Source: Octopus sinensis (lineage: Eukaryota). Taken from it: 23,111 nucleotides of DNA. The stretch spans positions 1 through 23,111 of the forward strand of contig NW_021836662.1 in assembly GCF_006345805.1 (NCBI RefSeq), given 5' to 3'. Position 1 is the first letter of the stretch. Every line of letters begins with the position of its first letter. Positions 1 through 10,077 of this stretch are shown here, piece by piece. Made by a program: the position numbers and the translations under genes. Below the pieces are notes generated by a model. It was not told where the DNA came from. It ran no database searches and was given only the letters and a program-made list of their open reading frames with translations.

Positions 1-19
1 ATATATGTGTGTGTGTATG

Positions 20-221
20 TGCTTGTCCCCCTAGTATTGCTTGACAACCGATGCTGGTGTGTTTACGTCCCTGTCACTTAGCGGTTTGGCAAAAGAGACC
101 AATAGAATAAGTACTGGGCTTACAAAGAATAAGTCCTGGGGTCAATTTGCTTGACTAAAAGGCGGTGCTCCAGCATGGCCACAGTCAAATGACTGAAACA
201 AGTAAAAGAATAAAGAGTAAA
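20..221 (+). mobile_element. SINE family A, 3' half (head presumably left of the window)
   Basis: CTTGACAACCGATGCTGGTGTGTTTACGTCC...GGTGCTCCAGCATGGCCACAGTCAAATGACTGAAACAAGTAAAAGA, matching the 3' halves of the copies at 3012, 6334, 7716, 16985 and 19446. Confidence 0.9.
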
Positions 222-227
222 GATATA

Positions 228-390
228 GTGACTGTGTGGTAAGAAGCTCGTTTCGCAACCATGTCGTTTGTAGTTCAGTCCCAATATGTGGCACCTTGGG
301 CAAATGTTTTTTATAGTATAGCTCTGGGGATGTAAACACATCAACACTGGTTGTCAAATGTGGGAAGAACGCAGACACACACATATGTAT
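228..390 (+). mobile_element. Degenerate SINE A head fused to an inverted fragment of the SINE A 3' half
   Basis: 228-330 matches the head (CTGTGTGGTAAGAAG...GTTCAGTCCC...GGCACCTTGGGCAA); 331-390 (ATGTAAACACATCAACACTGGTTGTCAA) is the reverse complement of the 3'-half start. Confidence 0.7.
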
Positions 391-393
391 ATT

Positions 394-547
394 GTGGCTG
401 TGTGGTAAGAAGCATGCTTTCCGACCACATAGTTCTGAGTTCAATCCCACTGTGTGGCACCTTGGGCAAGTCTCTTCTAAACTACAGCTTTGGATCAACC
501 AAAGACTTGTGAGTGGATTTAGTAGACAGAAACTGAAAGAAGCCTGT

Positions 548-548
<1 letters not shown>
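394..548 (+). mobile_element. SINE family A 5' half (tRNA-derived head plus CORE-like segment), ending in (TA)n(GA)n
   Basis: GTGGCTGTGTGGTAAG (A-box-like), GAGTTCAATCCC (B-box-like), GGCACCTTGGGCAAGT (resembles the MIR/CORE motif), ends GAAACTGAAAGAAGCC. Confidence 0.85.
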
Positions 549-601
<53 letters not shown>

Positions 602-881
602 TTAAGTACCAGGTTTACAAAAACATAAGGACTGGAGTCAATATATATACAACTAAAGAGTTTTCAAGATGGTGCCCCATCAAGTATTGTTTATTCCACA
701 CCAATATTTCAAGTGTGTGTGTGGGGATGTGATAATGCTGGTACCATACACACACATTTCCACACGCACATTCTACTGATAGATATAGATAGATATATGA
801 GTGCATGTTTGCCTGACTTGTGGACTCTTAGATGGCTTACCTACATACACACACACACACACACACATCTAAAAAATACAG

Positions 882-1151
882 ATAGAGAAAATCATGTCCT
901 TAATTGTTGAATTCACTATACAAAATCAATTTATCATTTCTGTTGTATCGATAAATTTAGATAAAGAAAATAACATTCAAAGTAACATATCCGGAACTAG
1001 ATTTGGGTCACTTTGTAAACATTGAGTTCTGTATATTTGAATATATATCTATTTTGAATGAAATTTTTTGTATCTAAATTTGTCAATTCAACAAAACCAA
1101 TCATCAGAACTGTGTGGGGAATTGAACAATTAAAGATGTGATTTTCTCTAT
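882..1151. repeat. Old degenerate inverted repeat (arms ~882-985 and ~1050-1151)
   Basis: ATAGAGAAAATCATGTCCTTAATTGTTGAATTC...AAATTTAGATA is matched in reverse by TATCTAAATTT...GAATTGAACAATTAAAGATGTGATTTTCTCTAT. Confidence 0.7.
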
Positions 1152-1160
1152 ATTTATTTT

Positions 1161-1474
1161 GGTAGTCTAATACTACGATCATGAAGTTGTGAGCTCGAAT
1201 CCCGGACCTGGCTGCATGTTGTGTTCTTGAGCAACACACTATATTTCACAGTGCTCCAGTTCACTCAGCTGTAGAAATGAGTAGTGATGTCACAGGTGCC
1301 AAGATGTATTGGCCCTCGCCTTTCCCTTGGATAACATCAGTGGTGTGGAGAGCGGAGGCCGGTATGCATGGGCGACTGCTGGTCTTCGAAAAACAACCTT
1401 GCCCGGACTTGTGCCTGGGAGGGTAACTTTCTAGGTGCAATCCCATTCTCAGTGTCATGACCGAAGGGGGTCTC
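1161..1474 (+). mobile_element. SINE family B (tRNA head, CORE-like segment), 5' end eroded
   Basis: GAGCTCGAATCCC B-box-like; TTCTTGAGCAACACACTATATTTCACAGTGCTCCAGTTCACTCAGCTGTAGAAATG CORE-like; collinear with the reverse complement of 2238-2586. Confidence 0.85.
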
Positions 1475-1699
1475 AGATATCAGAGTCTAATACTCTGAAT
1501 TTCGTGAAATTCTTCAAAATGATATTTGGATGAGGAATTATCTTGGTTGTTAATTTGATTGGCACTGATTTGTATTGGATTGTTTGATATAGTTGACCAA
1601 ATTCACTTGATACTGAGGGCTTTATTGGTATCAGCCTCTATTTATTAATCCCTTTTTTCTTCTTATATATGTGGGGGGGTGTTTGTCATTGTGTCGTTG

Positions 1700-1920
1700 T
1701 GTCAGTGTTTGTCTCCTATCACTGCTTGACATCCCTGTATGTTTATGTTTGTTCATGTTTACGTACCCATAACTTAGCAGTTCAGCAAAAGAGACTGATA
1801 AAATAAGCTCTAGGCTTAAAAAGGTAAGTCCTGGAGGCGATCTGTTTGATTAAAATTCTTGAAGGTGTTGCTTTAGCATGGCTGCAGACTAATGATTGAA
1901 ACAAGTGAAAGATAAAAGAT
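1700..1920 (+). mobile_element. Degenerate SINE A 3' half
   Basis: AACTTAGCAGTTCAGCAAAAGAGACTGATAAAATAAG...AGCATGGCTGCAGACTAATGATTGAAACAAGTGAAAGA. Confidence 0.7.
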
Positions 1921-1944
1921 TAAAGATTGATTCACACACCTTGT

Positions 1945-2062
1945 GTTGCGATCAAGGTCACCAAATCACAGGTTTGATTCCACAATTGGTTGGCATGTTC
2001 TGTTCTTGAGCACAACACTTCATTTCACATTACCCCAGTCCACTCAGCTGTAAATAGGTAAC
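1945..2062 (+). mobile_element. Degenerate CORE-type SINE head
   Basis: GGTTTGATTCC B-box-like, then TTCTTGAGCACAACACTTCATTTCACATTACCCCAGTCCACTCAGCTGTAAATAGGTA. Confidence 0.6.
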
Positions 2063-2237
2063 CTTGTGTTTGACTGACACACGAGGGTGGGATGGCGATT
2101 CTGGAAAATCACCTGAATAAAGGTAGGTCCTGTGAGCCACATTTTGTATTCATTGATGAAAAGGATGAATATTACAACCCATTCTGTGTATCCTAACCGG
2201 TTGAGATTGGTTCTTCAACCACTTCAACTGGTTTATA

Positions 2238-2586
2238 AGGGTAAAGGGTAGGAATAAAGACCCCTTCAGTCATAAATGACCATGGTATTGTACCTAGAAA
2301 GTTCCCATCTGAGCACAAGTCCTGACAAGGTTGTTTATGGAAGACCAGCAGTCACCCATGGATACCAGCCTCCCCCTCTCCATGCCACCAGTGTTATCCA
2401 AGGGAAAGGCAAAGGGGCCAATACAGCTTGGCATCAGTGACATCACAACTCATTTCTACAGCTGAGTGAACTGGAGCAACGTGAAATAAAGTGTCTTGCT
2501 CAAGAACAATACACAGTCCAGTCCAGGAATTGAACTCATTACCTCATGATAGCGAGTCTAATGCTTTAACCACTGAGCCAAGCACC
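2238..2586 (-). mobile_element. SINE family B, full length
   Basis: Reverse complement begins GGTGCTTGGCTCAGTGGTTAAAGC (A box)...GAGTTCAATTCC (B box), followed by the CORE-like segment, body and a short TACCCTT-type tail. Confidence 0.88.
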
Positions 2587-2603
2587 TTACACCTGTGGAA
2601 AAT

Positions 2604-2850
2604 CTATGACTTAAATCATTTTCTACCTATGGACCCTTTTGTTTCCTATTTTACTTGGGTGGACCCTTCTTGCCATTCAATGTTTAAAAGAAACCTTACT
2701 GAATATTTTGAATATTCATGGTAAAATGTAAGAAATTGTATAAAAAAAATTATTAAACTATTCTGTGTATTGAAGAAGTAAAAACAATTTGTTGTTCATA
2801 AATCTCAACGGACCCCCAGGGGTTATATGAACGCTTGTTCAGAACCGTTG
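2604..2850. mobile_element. Degenerate hAT-type MITE (probable)
   Basis: Repeated GGACCC subterminal motifs; right end GTTCAGAACCGTTG resembles a Charlie-like GGTTGAGAACC.CTG terminus; left TIR and TSD not recognisable. Confidence 0.4.
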
Positions 2851-3011
2851 ATATTAACTAATAATGCTTCTGTTCACAAAATGGGTTACGTCTCTGTCGT
2901 TTGATGAAGAGGATGCACTTGTTTGATCTCAACTGAATTACCAGCCTTGAATTAATGTCTAAGTGGCTGAGTACTCCTCAAACACATGTTTATACTTTGT
3001 CTTTTATCTCT

Positions 3012-3413
3012 CTCTTTACTCTTTACTCTTTTACTTGTTTCAGTCATTTGACTGCGGCCATGCTGGAGCACCGCCTTTAGTCGAGCAAATTGACCCCAGG
3101 ACTTTTTCTTTGTAAGCCTAGTACTTATTCTATCGGTCTCTTTTGCCGAACCGCTAAGTGACGGGGACGTAAACACACCAGCATCGGTTGTCAAGCAATG
3201 CTAGGGGGACAAACACAGTCACACAACACACACAAACATACATATACATATATACGACAGGCTTCTTTCAGTTTCCGTCTACCAAATCCACTCACAAGGC
3301 ATTGTCGACCCGGGGCTATAGCAGAAGACACTTGACCAAGATGCCACGCAGTGGAACTGAACCCGGAACCATGTTGTTGGTTAACAAGCTACTTACCACA
3401 CAGCCACTCCTGC
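3012..3413 (-). mobile_element. SINE family A, full length (head - internal (CA/TA)n - 3' half)
   Basis: Collinear reverse-complement match to 7716-8120 across ~400 bp. Confidence 0.93.
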
Positions 3414-3455
3414 ACCTTTTACTTATTTCATTCATGGTGGCCTGGTTTGGCAATT

Positions 3456-3798
3456 TTAATCCTTTAGCATTCTGATTACTCTGTTTTATGTCCCACGTTC
3501 GGATGCCTCTACTACTTAACCTACACTCTGCTGACGTCTAGACTTCTCCCTCTATATCTACGTATTGGGCTAGCCTACTTCATCGTCTGGGGGCGTCCAC
3601 ACAACACTCTGTCAAATGTAAAGTTTTTTTATTCACATTGTTTTGAATTAATCATGCAATTATCTTGTAACTTTGAGATTACAATGGTGGGTTTGTATAT
3701 TTGTAGAATGACATTGTAGGTTAAGTGTGAGAGGCTGGATCTGGCCAGTTTGAACATAAAACAGGTGGAATATTTTGGGCCTGCTAGGGCTGCTTTAA
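3456..3798. mobile_element. TTAA/piggyBac-type MITE copy 1, interrupted by an insertion at 3485-3605; right TIR not seen
   Basis: Starts TTAATCCTTTAGCATTCTGATTACTCTGT, resumes CAAATGTAAAG...TTATTCACATTGTTTTGAATTAATCATGC...TTTGAACATAAAACAGG; homologous to copy 2. Confidence 0.7.
3485..3605. mobile_element. 121-bp unidentified insertion with a 7-bp target-site duplication
   Basis: ACTCTGT at 3478-3484 and 3606-3612; removing the insert restores continuity with MITE copy 2 (ATTATTCTGTCAAAT). Confidence 0.75.
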
Positions 3799-4450
3799 CC
3801 CTTTAGTAAACGGATTATTCTGTCAAATATAATTCTTCTTTATTCACAGTTTTGAATTGATCATGCATTATCTCACAGCTTTGAGATTTCATCTTCATCA
3901 TCATCATCATCATTTAGCATCCGCTTTCCATGCTAGCATGGGTTGGACGATTCACCTGGCTCTGGGAAGCCAGAAGGCTGCACCAGGCCCAGTCTGATCT
4001 GGCAATGTTTCTACGGCTGGATGCCCTTCCTAATGCCAATCTGAGTGTAGTGGGTGCTTTTTACATGCCACCGGCATGGGGGCCAGGCAAAGCTGGCAAA
4101 CAGCCACAGTCGGATGGTGCTTTTTACGTGCCACCAGCACGGAGGCCTGTTGGGGTGGCGCTGGCAATGGCCACATTCTGATGGTTCACTTACGTGCCAC
4201 CGGCACTGGTATCACGGCTATAATTTCCACTGATGTTGATCGATTTCGATTTTGATTCTGATTTACACTTGCCTCAACAGGTCTTCACAAGTAGAGTTTT
4301 GTGTCCCAAGAAGGAGGTATGCATAAGTTACATTGATATTATTGTTTACTTTTAGAATGACATTGCAGGATAGGTGTAACAGGCCAGATACGACCAGTTT
4401 GAAAATAAAACAGGCAGAATATTTGGGCTGAAAATGGCTAAAAGAGTTAA
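3795..4450. mobile_element. TTAA/piggyBac-type MITE copy 2, interrupted by an RTE 3' fragment
   Basis: Left end TTAA-CCCTTTAG (3795); right end CTAAAAGAG-TTAA (4450); TTAA plus CCC/GGG-like termini are the piggyBac signature. Confidence 0.75.
3890..4327 (-). mobile_element. 5'-truncated RTE LINE 3' UTR with (GAT)n tail
   Basis: Reverse complement matches 13860-14438 (TGCATACCTTCCTTCTTGG...GTGAAGACCTGTTGAGGCAAGTG...GGAAGGGCATCCAGC...CCAACCCATGCTAGCATGGAAAGCG). Confidence 0.92.
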
Positions 4451-5112
4451 AACGGCGATAATGGAAATTATGATCTTCTCATAATTTACAAAAGCATTTA
4501 TTCCTGGCATCGGCTCTGCTGAAATCAAGAATGAAAGGGAAATGAAATTTCGGCATTAAAAATGTAACGAAATTCTATCTAAGCTCTTTTGAAAAGCTTT
4601 TAAAAATATGTCTAAGTAGACTTGTAATTAGAGACAAGCATAAATTGACGGATAATAAGTGGGTGTTGAGGAAGCGAGGAAGGAGATTCTATAATAATTC
4701 AGATGAAAACACAATCACAATTCTATTGTATATTCGGCAGCATAAGATTAACATTTACAATTACTGAATTCTGTGAAATGTCAACTTCTGGTTCGTAATT
4801 GCAAAAGAAAAGCGGCTTCGAAAATGTTTAAAACTTTTGTTTTGTTCTTTAAAAGAATGAAGTTATCTATGTCTTTGAGAATCTCCATAATCCTTCTCCC
4901 CACTCCTTTCAAGACATATACATATGTGTGTGTGTGTGTGTGTGTGTACATAGGTGTGTGTGTGGGTGTGTATGTGTATGTGCATATGTGTATGCGTGCA
5001 TTTAACAAAAACATTCTTTACCAAAATTAAAGACTCACATAAAATTTCTATCTCTTGTTTTTGTCATGCATATATACATATATATACATACATATTTATA
5101 ATACAGGCATCC

Positions 5113-5144
<32 letters not shown>

Positions 5145-5605
5145 GAATAAAATAACTTTATTTTCTATATATACATATTATTATACTTACATGAATATAT
5201 AATCATTATGTATACATCAATATGTATATATATAAATATATATAGAGAGAGATATATACACACACACAAACACATATATACATTTATATACATCCATGCA
5301 CACACACACACACACTCACACATACATATATATATATACATATATATATTTTTAATTATATATTATTATTAATATTAGGAAATCAATATCAAAACTCTTC
5401 AGAAAGATATACACGTGTGAAAAATAATTGTTGTTTAAAATATATAAATAAATAAATATAAATATGTATAAAAATATATGTAAATATGCATTAGTATATA
5501 TATATATATATATATAATGTATATGACAGTTTAAAAGTTTTGAATTAATTATTTAACATCTTACGATCATTTCACACATATATAATATATATATATATAT
5601 ATATG

Positions 5606-5647
<42 letters not shown>

Positions 5648-6333
5648 TGATATGCATAATAATTATATATTCATGTATGCATAAGGGATATGTATGTATA
5701 ATAATAGATCAACCCTCCATTCATAGATGATATACATTTCTACATACATATCTCTCACTCTGTCATTCTCCTCCCTTTCTCTCTCTCTCTCCCTCTCTCG
5801 CCTATCCTTCTCTCTTTCTTTCTCCTTCAACCATTTCCATATATACACTCAGACATAGAATTTTCTGTCCACACATATTTTCGAACAGAGAATTCCTGTA
5901 AAACGTAAATGCTACAAAATCAAACCTCAAACGCAAACTTGAAAGCAATTATCAGTGGATAATATTCCACAGTAAAACAAAACCTTCCCGAAGCATAACA
6001 GCAAATTCCATTTTCCTTTTCTTTATTGAATTCTTCATTTTAAATCTATTTATTTAAATTGGAATTGAATTTCATTCTGGTAATTTGGATATTTCTTAAA
6101 AGCGAATTGGAAATCTTTTCAGCTACATTTTTATTGTCTTTTGAGCTCTTTGTTGTCATCCTTGTTTTATTGTTCTTCATCTTCGTCTCCCCATCCTCCT
6201 CTTCCTCTTTGATATGTAACGTTTGACAAATGCTTGTGCTTTCTTTTCTTATCTATTCTATGAGTGTGGAAGAGTATAGAGTATATATACGTGCATGTCT
6301 GTGTGTGTGTATATAGATATGTCTATTTGTATA

Positions 6334-6703
6334 TTCTTTTACTTTTAACTGGCTTCAGTCATTTGACTGTGGCCATGCTGGAGCACCACCTTTAGTCGAG
6401 CAAATCAACCCCAGGACTTATTCTTTGTAAGCCCAGTACTTATTCTAATCGGTCACTTTTGCCGAACCGCTAAGTGACGGGGACATAAACACACCAGCAT
6501 CAGTTGTCAAGCGATGTTAGTGGGACGAACACAGACACACAAACATATACACACACATACATATGTATATATACATATATACGATAGGCTTCTTTCAGTT
6601 TCCGTCTACCAAATCTACTTACAAGGCTTTGGTCGGCCCGAGGCTATAATAGAAGACACTTGCCCGAGGTGCCACGCAGTGGGACTGAACCCAGATCCAT
6701 GTT
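6334..6703 (-). mobile_element. SINE family A lacking the first ~35 nt of the head
   Basis: Collinear with other family A copies. Confidence 0.9.
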
Positions 6704-6829
6704 GCCCCCACCCCCAGAAAGGATGTGTTATGAGGAAGAGAGAGAAGGCAGGTGTTGCTTTGTTTGTGTTCCTGTAACTTAGTAGTTCAGTCAAAAAAGA
6801 CCTATAAAAGGGACCCCACTTTAAGATAT

Positions 6830-6985
6830 ATGCTGGTTTCAAATTTTAGCACAAGACCTTTAAGTTTGGAGGAGGGTGCAAGTCAATTATGTTGACCCCA
6901 CGACTCAACTGGTACTTATTTTATCAACCCCAAAATGACAAAAAGCAAAGTCAACCACTGTTGTTTGATCTCAGAGGCAAGGTCA
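6830..6985 (-). mobile_element. Degenerate SINE related to family F with a different tail
   Basis: AACTGGTACTTATTTTATCAACCCC...AAAGCAAAGTCAACC matches the family F centre; its flank TCAAATTTTAGCACAAG differs. Confidence 0.6.
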
Positions 6986-6994
6986 GAGGAAAAA

Positions 6995-7400
6995 CCTATT
7001 TCTTTACTACCCACAAGGGGCTAAACACAGAGGAGACAAACAAGGACAGACAAACGGATTAAATCGATTATATCGACCCCAGTGCATAACTGGTACTTAA
7101 TTTATCGACCCCGAAAGGATGAAAGGCAAAGTCAACCTCGGTGGAATTTGAACACGGAATGTAACGGCAGACGAAATACCTATTTCTTTACTACCCACAA
7201 GGGGCTAAACGTAGAGAGGACAAACAAGGACAGACAAACGGATTAAGTCGATTATATCGTCCCCAGTGCATAACTGGTACTTAATTTATCGATCCCGCAA
7301 GGATGATATGCAAAGTCGACCTTGGTGGAATTTGAACTCAGAACGTAACAGCTGACGAAATACCGCTAAGCATTTCGCCCGACGTGCTAACGTTTCTGCC
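6995..7400 (-). mobile_element. SINE family F head-to-tail dimer (~185-bp unit repeated)
   Basis: CTATTTCTTTACTACCCACAAGGGGCTAAAC...GGAATTTGAAC...GACGAAATACC occurs twice; only the right copy has the 5' head GGCAGAAACGTTAGCACG. Confidence 0.92.
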
Positions 7401-7715
7401 ATAAGAAAAACCACTGAGCATTTTGTCCAGTATGGGGATGATTCTGCCAGCTTCTCCCATCTTTCCCGTTTCAAAAAATACTGAGGCCTATTTGATCAAG
7501 GTGCTCCAGCATGGCCATGGTTCAATAAGGGAAACAGTAAAAGAATAATAGAATATTAGAATGATGGAATAAAGTGCATTGGAATTCTTTATCTTGCTGC
7601 AAGAATTGGTGCAATTTAAAACGGTTTGGAATGAATCTTAGGGTCTATGTTTGTAATACTTTTAATAAATGTTATCTTAACTAAAGACCAAAACTGAAGA
7701 CAACATATGTAGCAC

Positions 7716-8120
7716 AGGAGTGGCTGTGTGGTAAGTAGCTTTCTAACCAACCACATGGTTCTGGGTTCAGTCCCACTGCGTGGCATCTTGGGCAAGTGTC
7801 TTCTACTATAGCTTCGGACCGACCAAAGCCTTGTGAGTGGATTTGGTAGGCAGAAACTGAAAAGAAGCCCGTCGTATATATGTATATATATATATATATG
7901 TGCGTGTGTGTTTGTGTGTCTGTGTTTGTCCCCCTAGCATTGCTTGACAACCGATGCTGGTGTGTTTACGTCCCTTCACTTAGCGGTTCGGCAAAAGAAA
8001 CCGATAGAATAAGTACTGGGCTTACAAAGAATAAGTCCCTGGGTCGATTTGCTCAACTAAAGGCAGTTGCTCCAGCATGGCCGCAGTCAAATGACTGAAA
8101 CAAGTAAAAGAGTAAAAGAG
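7716..8120 (+). mobile_element. SINE family A, full length
   Basis: AGGAGTGGCTGTGTGGTAAGTAGC...GGTTCAGTCCC...CATCTTGGGCAAGTG...(TA/TG)n...ends CAAGTAAAAGAGTAAAAGAG. Confidence 0.93.
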
Positions 8121-8719
8121 AGAGAGAGTATATTATACATACATACAACAACATACGCACATACATATATATGCACACACATATATATACATATATATTA
8201 TATATAGACACATGTATGTATCTATACCTATCTATATATATGTGTGTGTGTGTAATCAATTGTATTGTTTATAAGACAAATAAAAAGCTGATAAACTATG
8301 GAAGAAAATCGAAACCATAATCTGTGCTAGACAATGTGTATTTGTAAGATAACTGATAAAAAGTATGGAATGATATTGAAATCACAATCTCATATCGATG
8401 ACCTAGTCCAGAGACAATTGAATGATAAACTATGGAATACAATTGAAGATATAATCTGTTTTATGCTCTACATTGGTGTTATGTAAGAAAATTAGTTGAT
8501 AAACTATGGAAGAAAGTCAAAGCCACAATCTTTTATAGACAGCATATTCACAAGATGGTTGAAAAACTATGGAAAACAATCAGACATAATTTACCAGAGA
8601 CAATATATTCATATCAGAAATATTAAATTTCTAAATATCTCATAGAGATATGTACGGTGGTGGGGCGATAGAATGGTTGTATACTGTCAATTTAACGTGA
8701 CAGTAGGGGATTACACCAC

Positions 8720-8802
8720 CTGAAGAGAAGATTACATTGTTTTACACCATTTTATTCCTTTGGAATAATATCAGTGATATCTTTGAAACATGTGTCAGAA
8801 GT
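8720..8802 (+). ncRNA. Hammerhead ribozyme motif, intact core but 5' strand of stem I missing
   Basis: CTGAAGA (8720) - stem II GAAGAT..ATCTTT - GAA - ACATGTGT - C (8796, GUC triplet); homologous to 21035-21139. Confidence 0.6.
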
Positions 8803-8860
8803 AAAAGAATTTGAATTACACCTGCGTTAAACCCCATTTATATATATATATATATATTAT

Positions 8861-9120
8861 ATTAAATTAGAGATAAAACCACTATTAGGCAAATCAAACA
8901 ATGAAAAACTTAAGCCAATACATAAAATTAATTAATTTAAATTATTTTAATATTATCAAAAAATTAAAAGATTAATAAAAGATAATGATTAAAAACACTT
9001 TTATTAATCTTTAATACTTTTGATATATATTTAAAATAATATAAATTAATTAATCTTATGTATTGGCTTAAGTTTTTCATTGTATGATTTGCCTAATAGT
9101 GGTTTTATCTCTAATTTAAT
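8861..9120. repeat. Near-perfect AT-rich palindrome (~120-bp arms, ~16-nt loop)
   Basis: ATTAAATTAGAGATAAAACCACTATTAGGCAAATC... versus ...GATTTGCCTAATAGTGGTTTTATCTCTAATTTAAT. Confidence 0.93.
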
Positions 9121-9209
9121 ATATATAATATTTTACTATGAAATTGGATTCAATCTAAATCTGATTTTTCCCTGTAGTTTGGATTTATTCCCTAATATTT
9201 ATATTATTA

Positions 9210-9256
<47 letters not shown>

Positions 9257-9430
9257 TATAGAGAGAGTGGTTGTATAATGGTCAACTTAACGTGACAGTC
9301 CTGTAAGGGAATTACACCACCGTTGTTTAGCCCTAGGAAGCATCGACGCTTCCTGATGGCTTCGACACATTTTTTCCTGTGTCCTTATATTTACGAAGGG
9401 GAGACAAATACCCCCAGCAGCCAGGCCTGC

Positions 9431-9478
9431 ATCTAGAGACACTCATGTTTCAGGGTCTTTGTCCATCATCGGTCTTAT
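9431..9478 (-). ncRNA. Degenerate hammerhead-like motif at the end of a probable PLE fragment (9268-9478)
   Basis: Minus strand AGA-CCGATGA-TGGACAAAGACCCT-GAA-ACATGAGTGT-C-TCT; the core has a U4C change and stem I is only 3 bp. Confidence 0.4.
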
Positions 9479-10077
9479 ATTCATAAGATTGAAAATCTAT
9501 GGAACAAAATAAAAGCCACAAATTATTAACAAACAAACACCAGAGAATATATATAATATGGATTAATTCATGGGGCATTTAAAAATAATTAAAAGTTGAT
9601 TTAAATTGCATGGCCATCTCAAAGAAGTGCTAATGTGCAAATATTTATAGTTGTGAAAAACTATGGAACAAGATCAATGCCATAATTTATTGAAAACAAC
9701 ATATGATTAAAAAAAACTACAGAATACAATCAAAGCCATCATTTATTATTGACAATAAATTCAGGAAATTGAAAAAAAACTATGGAAAAAAATTAAGCCA
9801 TAATTTATTGTAGGTATTCATAAGATTCATAAGGCATTCATAAGATTGAAAAATTATGGAAGTCAATCAAAACCATAAAATTATTATAAAAAGCATAATA
9901 CTGAGAAGCTTTGAAACACTATCAAATTTGTAATTTATTATCAACAATATATTCACATGATTGTTGAAAATCTATGAGAAACAATCAAAGCCCTAATGTG
10001 TTAAAGAAACATATTCATAAAGAGTTAAAAAGTATGGAATACAATCAGGGTCATAATCAGTAATAAACTGGCTACTG

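Larger units (their letters stand above)
8254..10060. repeat. Degenerate ~60-70 bp minisatellite (about 13 units), interrupted at ~8614-9475
   Basis: Motif (G)AWAAACTATGGAA...AATC(A)AA.CCATAAT recurs at ~8296, 8363, 8430, 8504, 8567, 9497, 9661, 9717, 9780, 9855, 9919, 9972 and 10032. Confidence 0.8.

Noticed and set aside
142-628. Recurring ORFs such as EETCPRCH..GLN and [12 protein letters not shown]
   Set aside because: Translations of SINE family A, repeated only because the SINE is repeated.
1101-1107. Isolated CTGANGA motifs (1101-, 5396-, 7350+, 7694+, 11908-, 12877+, 13450+)
   Set aside because: No correctly placed GAAA, stem III and NUH site; several lie in SINE or RT coding sequence.
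6049-6255. Minus-strand open stretch IRKESTS...KFNSNLNK as a terminal exon
   Set aside because: Low-complexity purine-rich sequence with two similarly plausible frames and no homology.
8254-10060. CRISPR-like reading of the ~65-bp periodic array
   Set aside because: Eukaryotic context; the whole unit is degenerate rather than a constant repeat with unique spacers; no cas genes.
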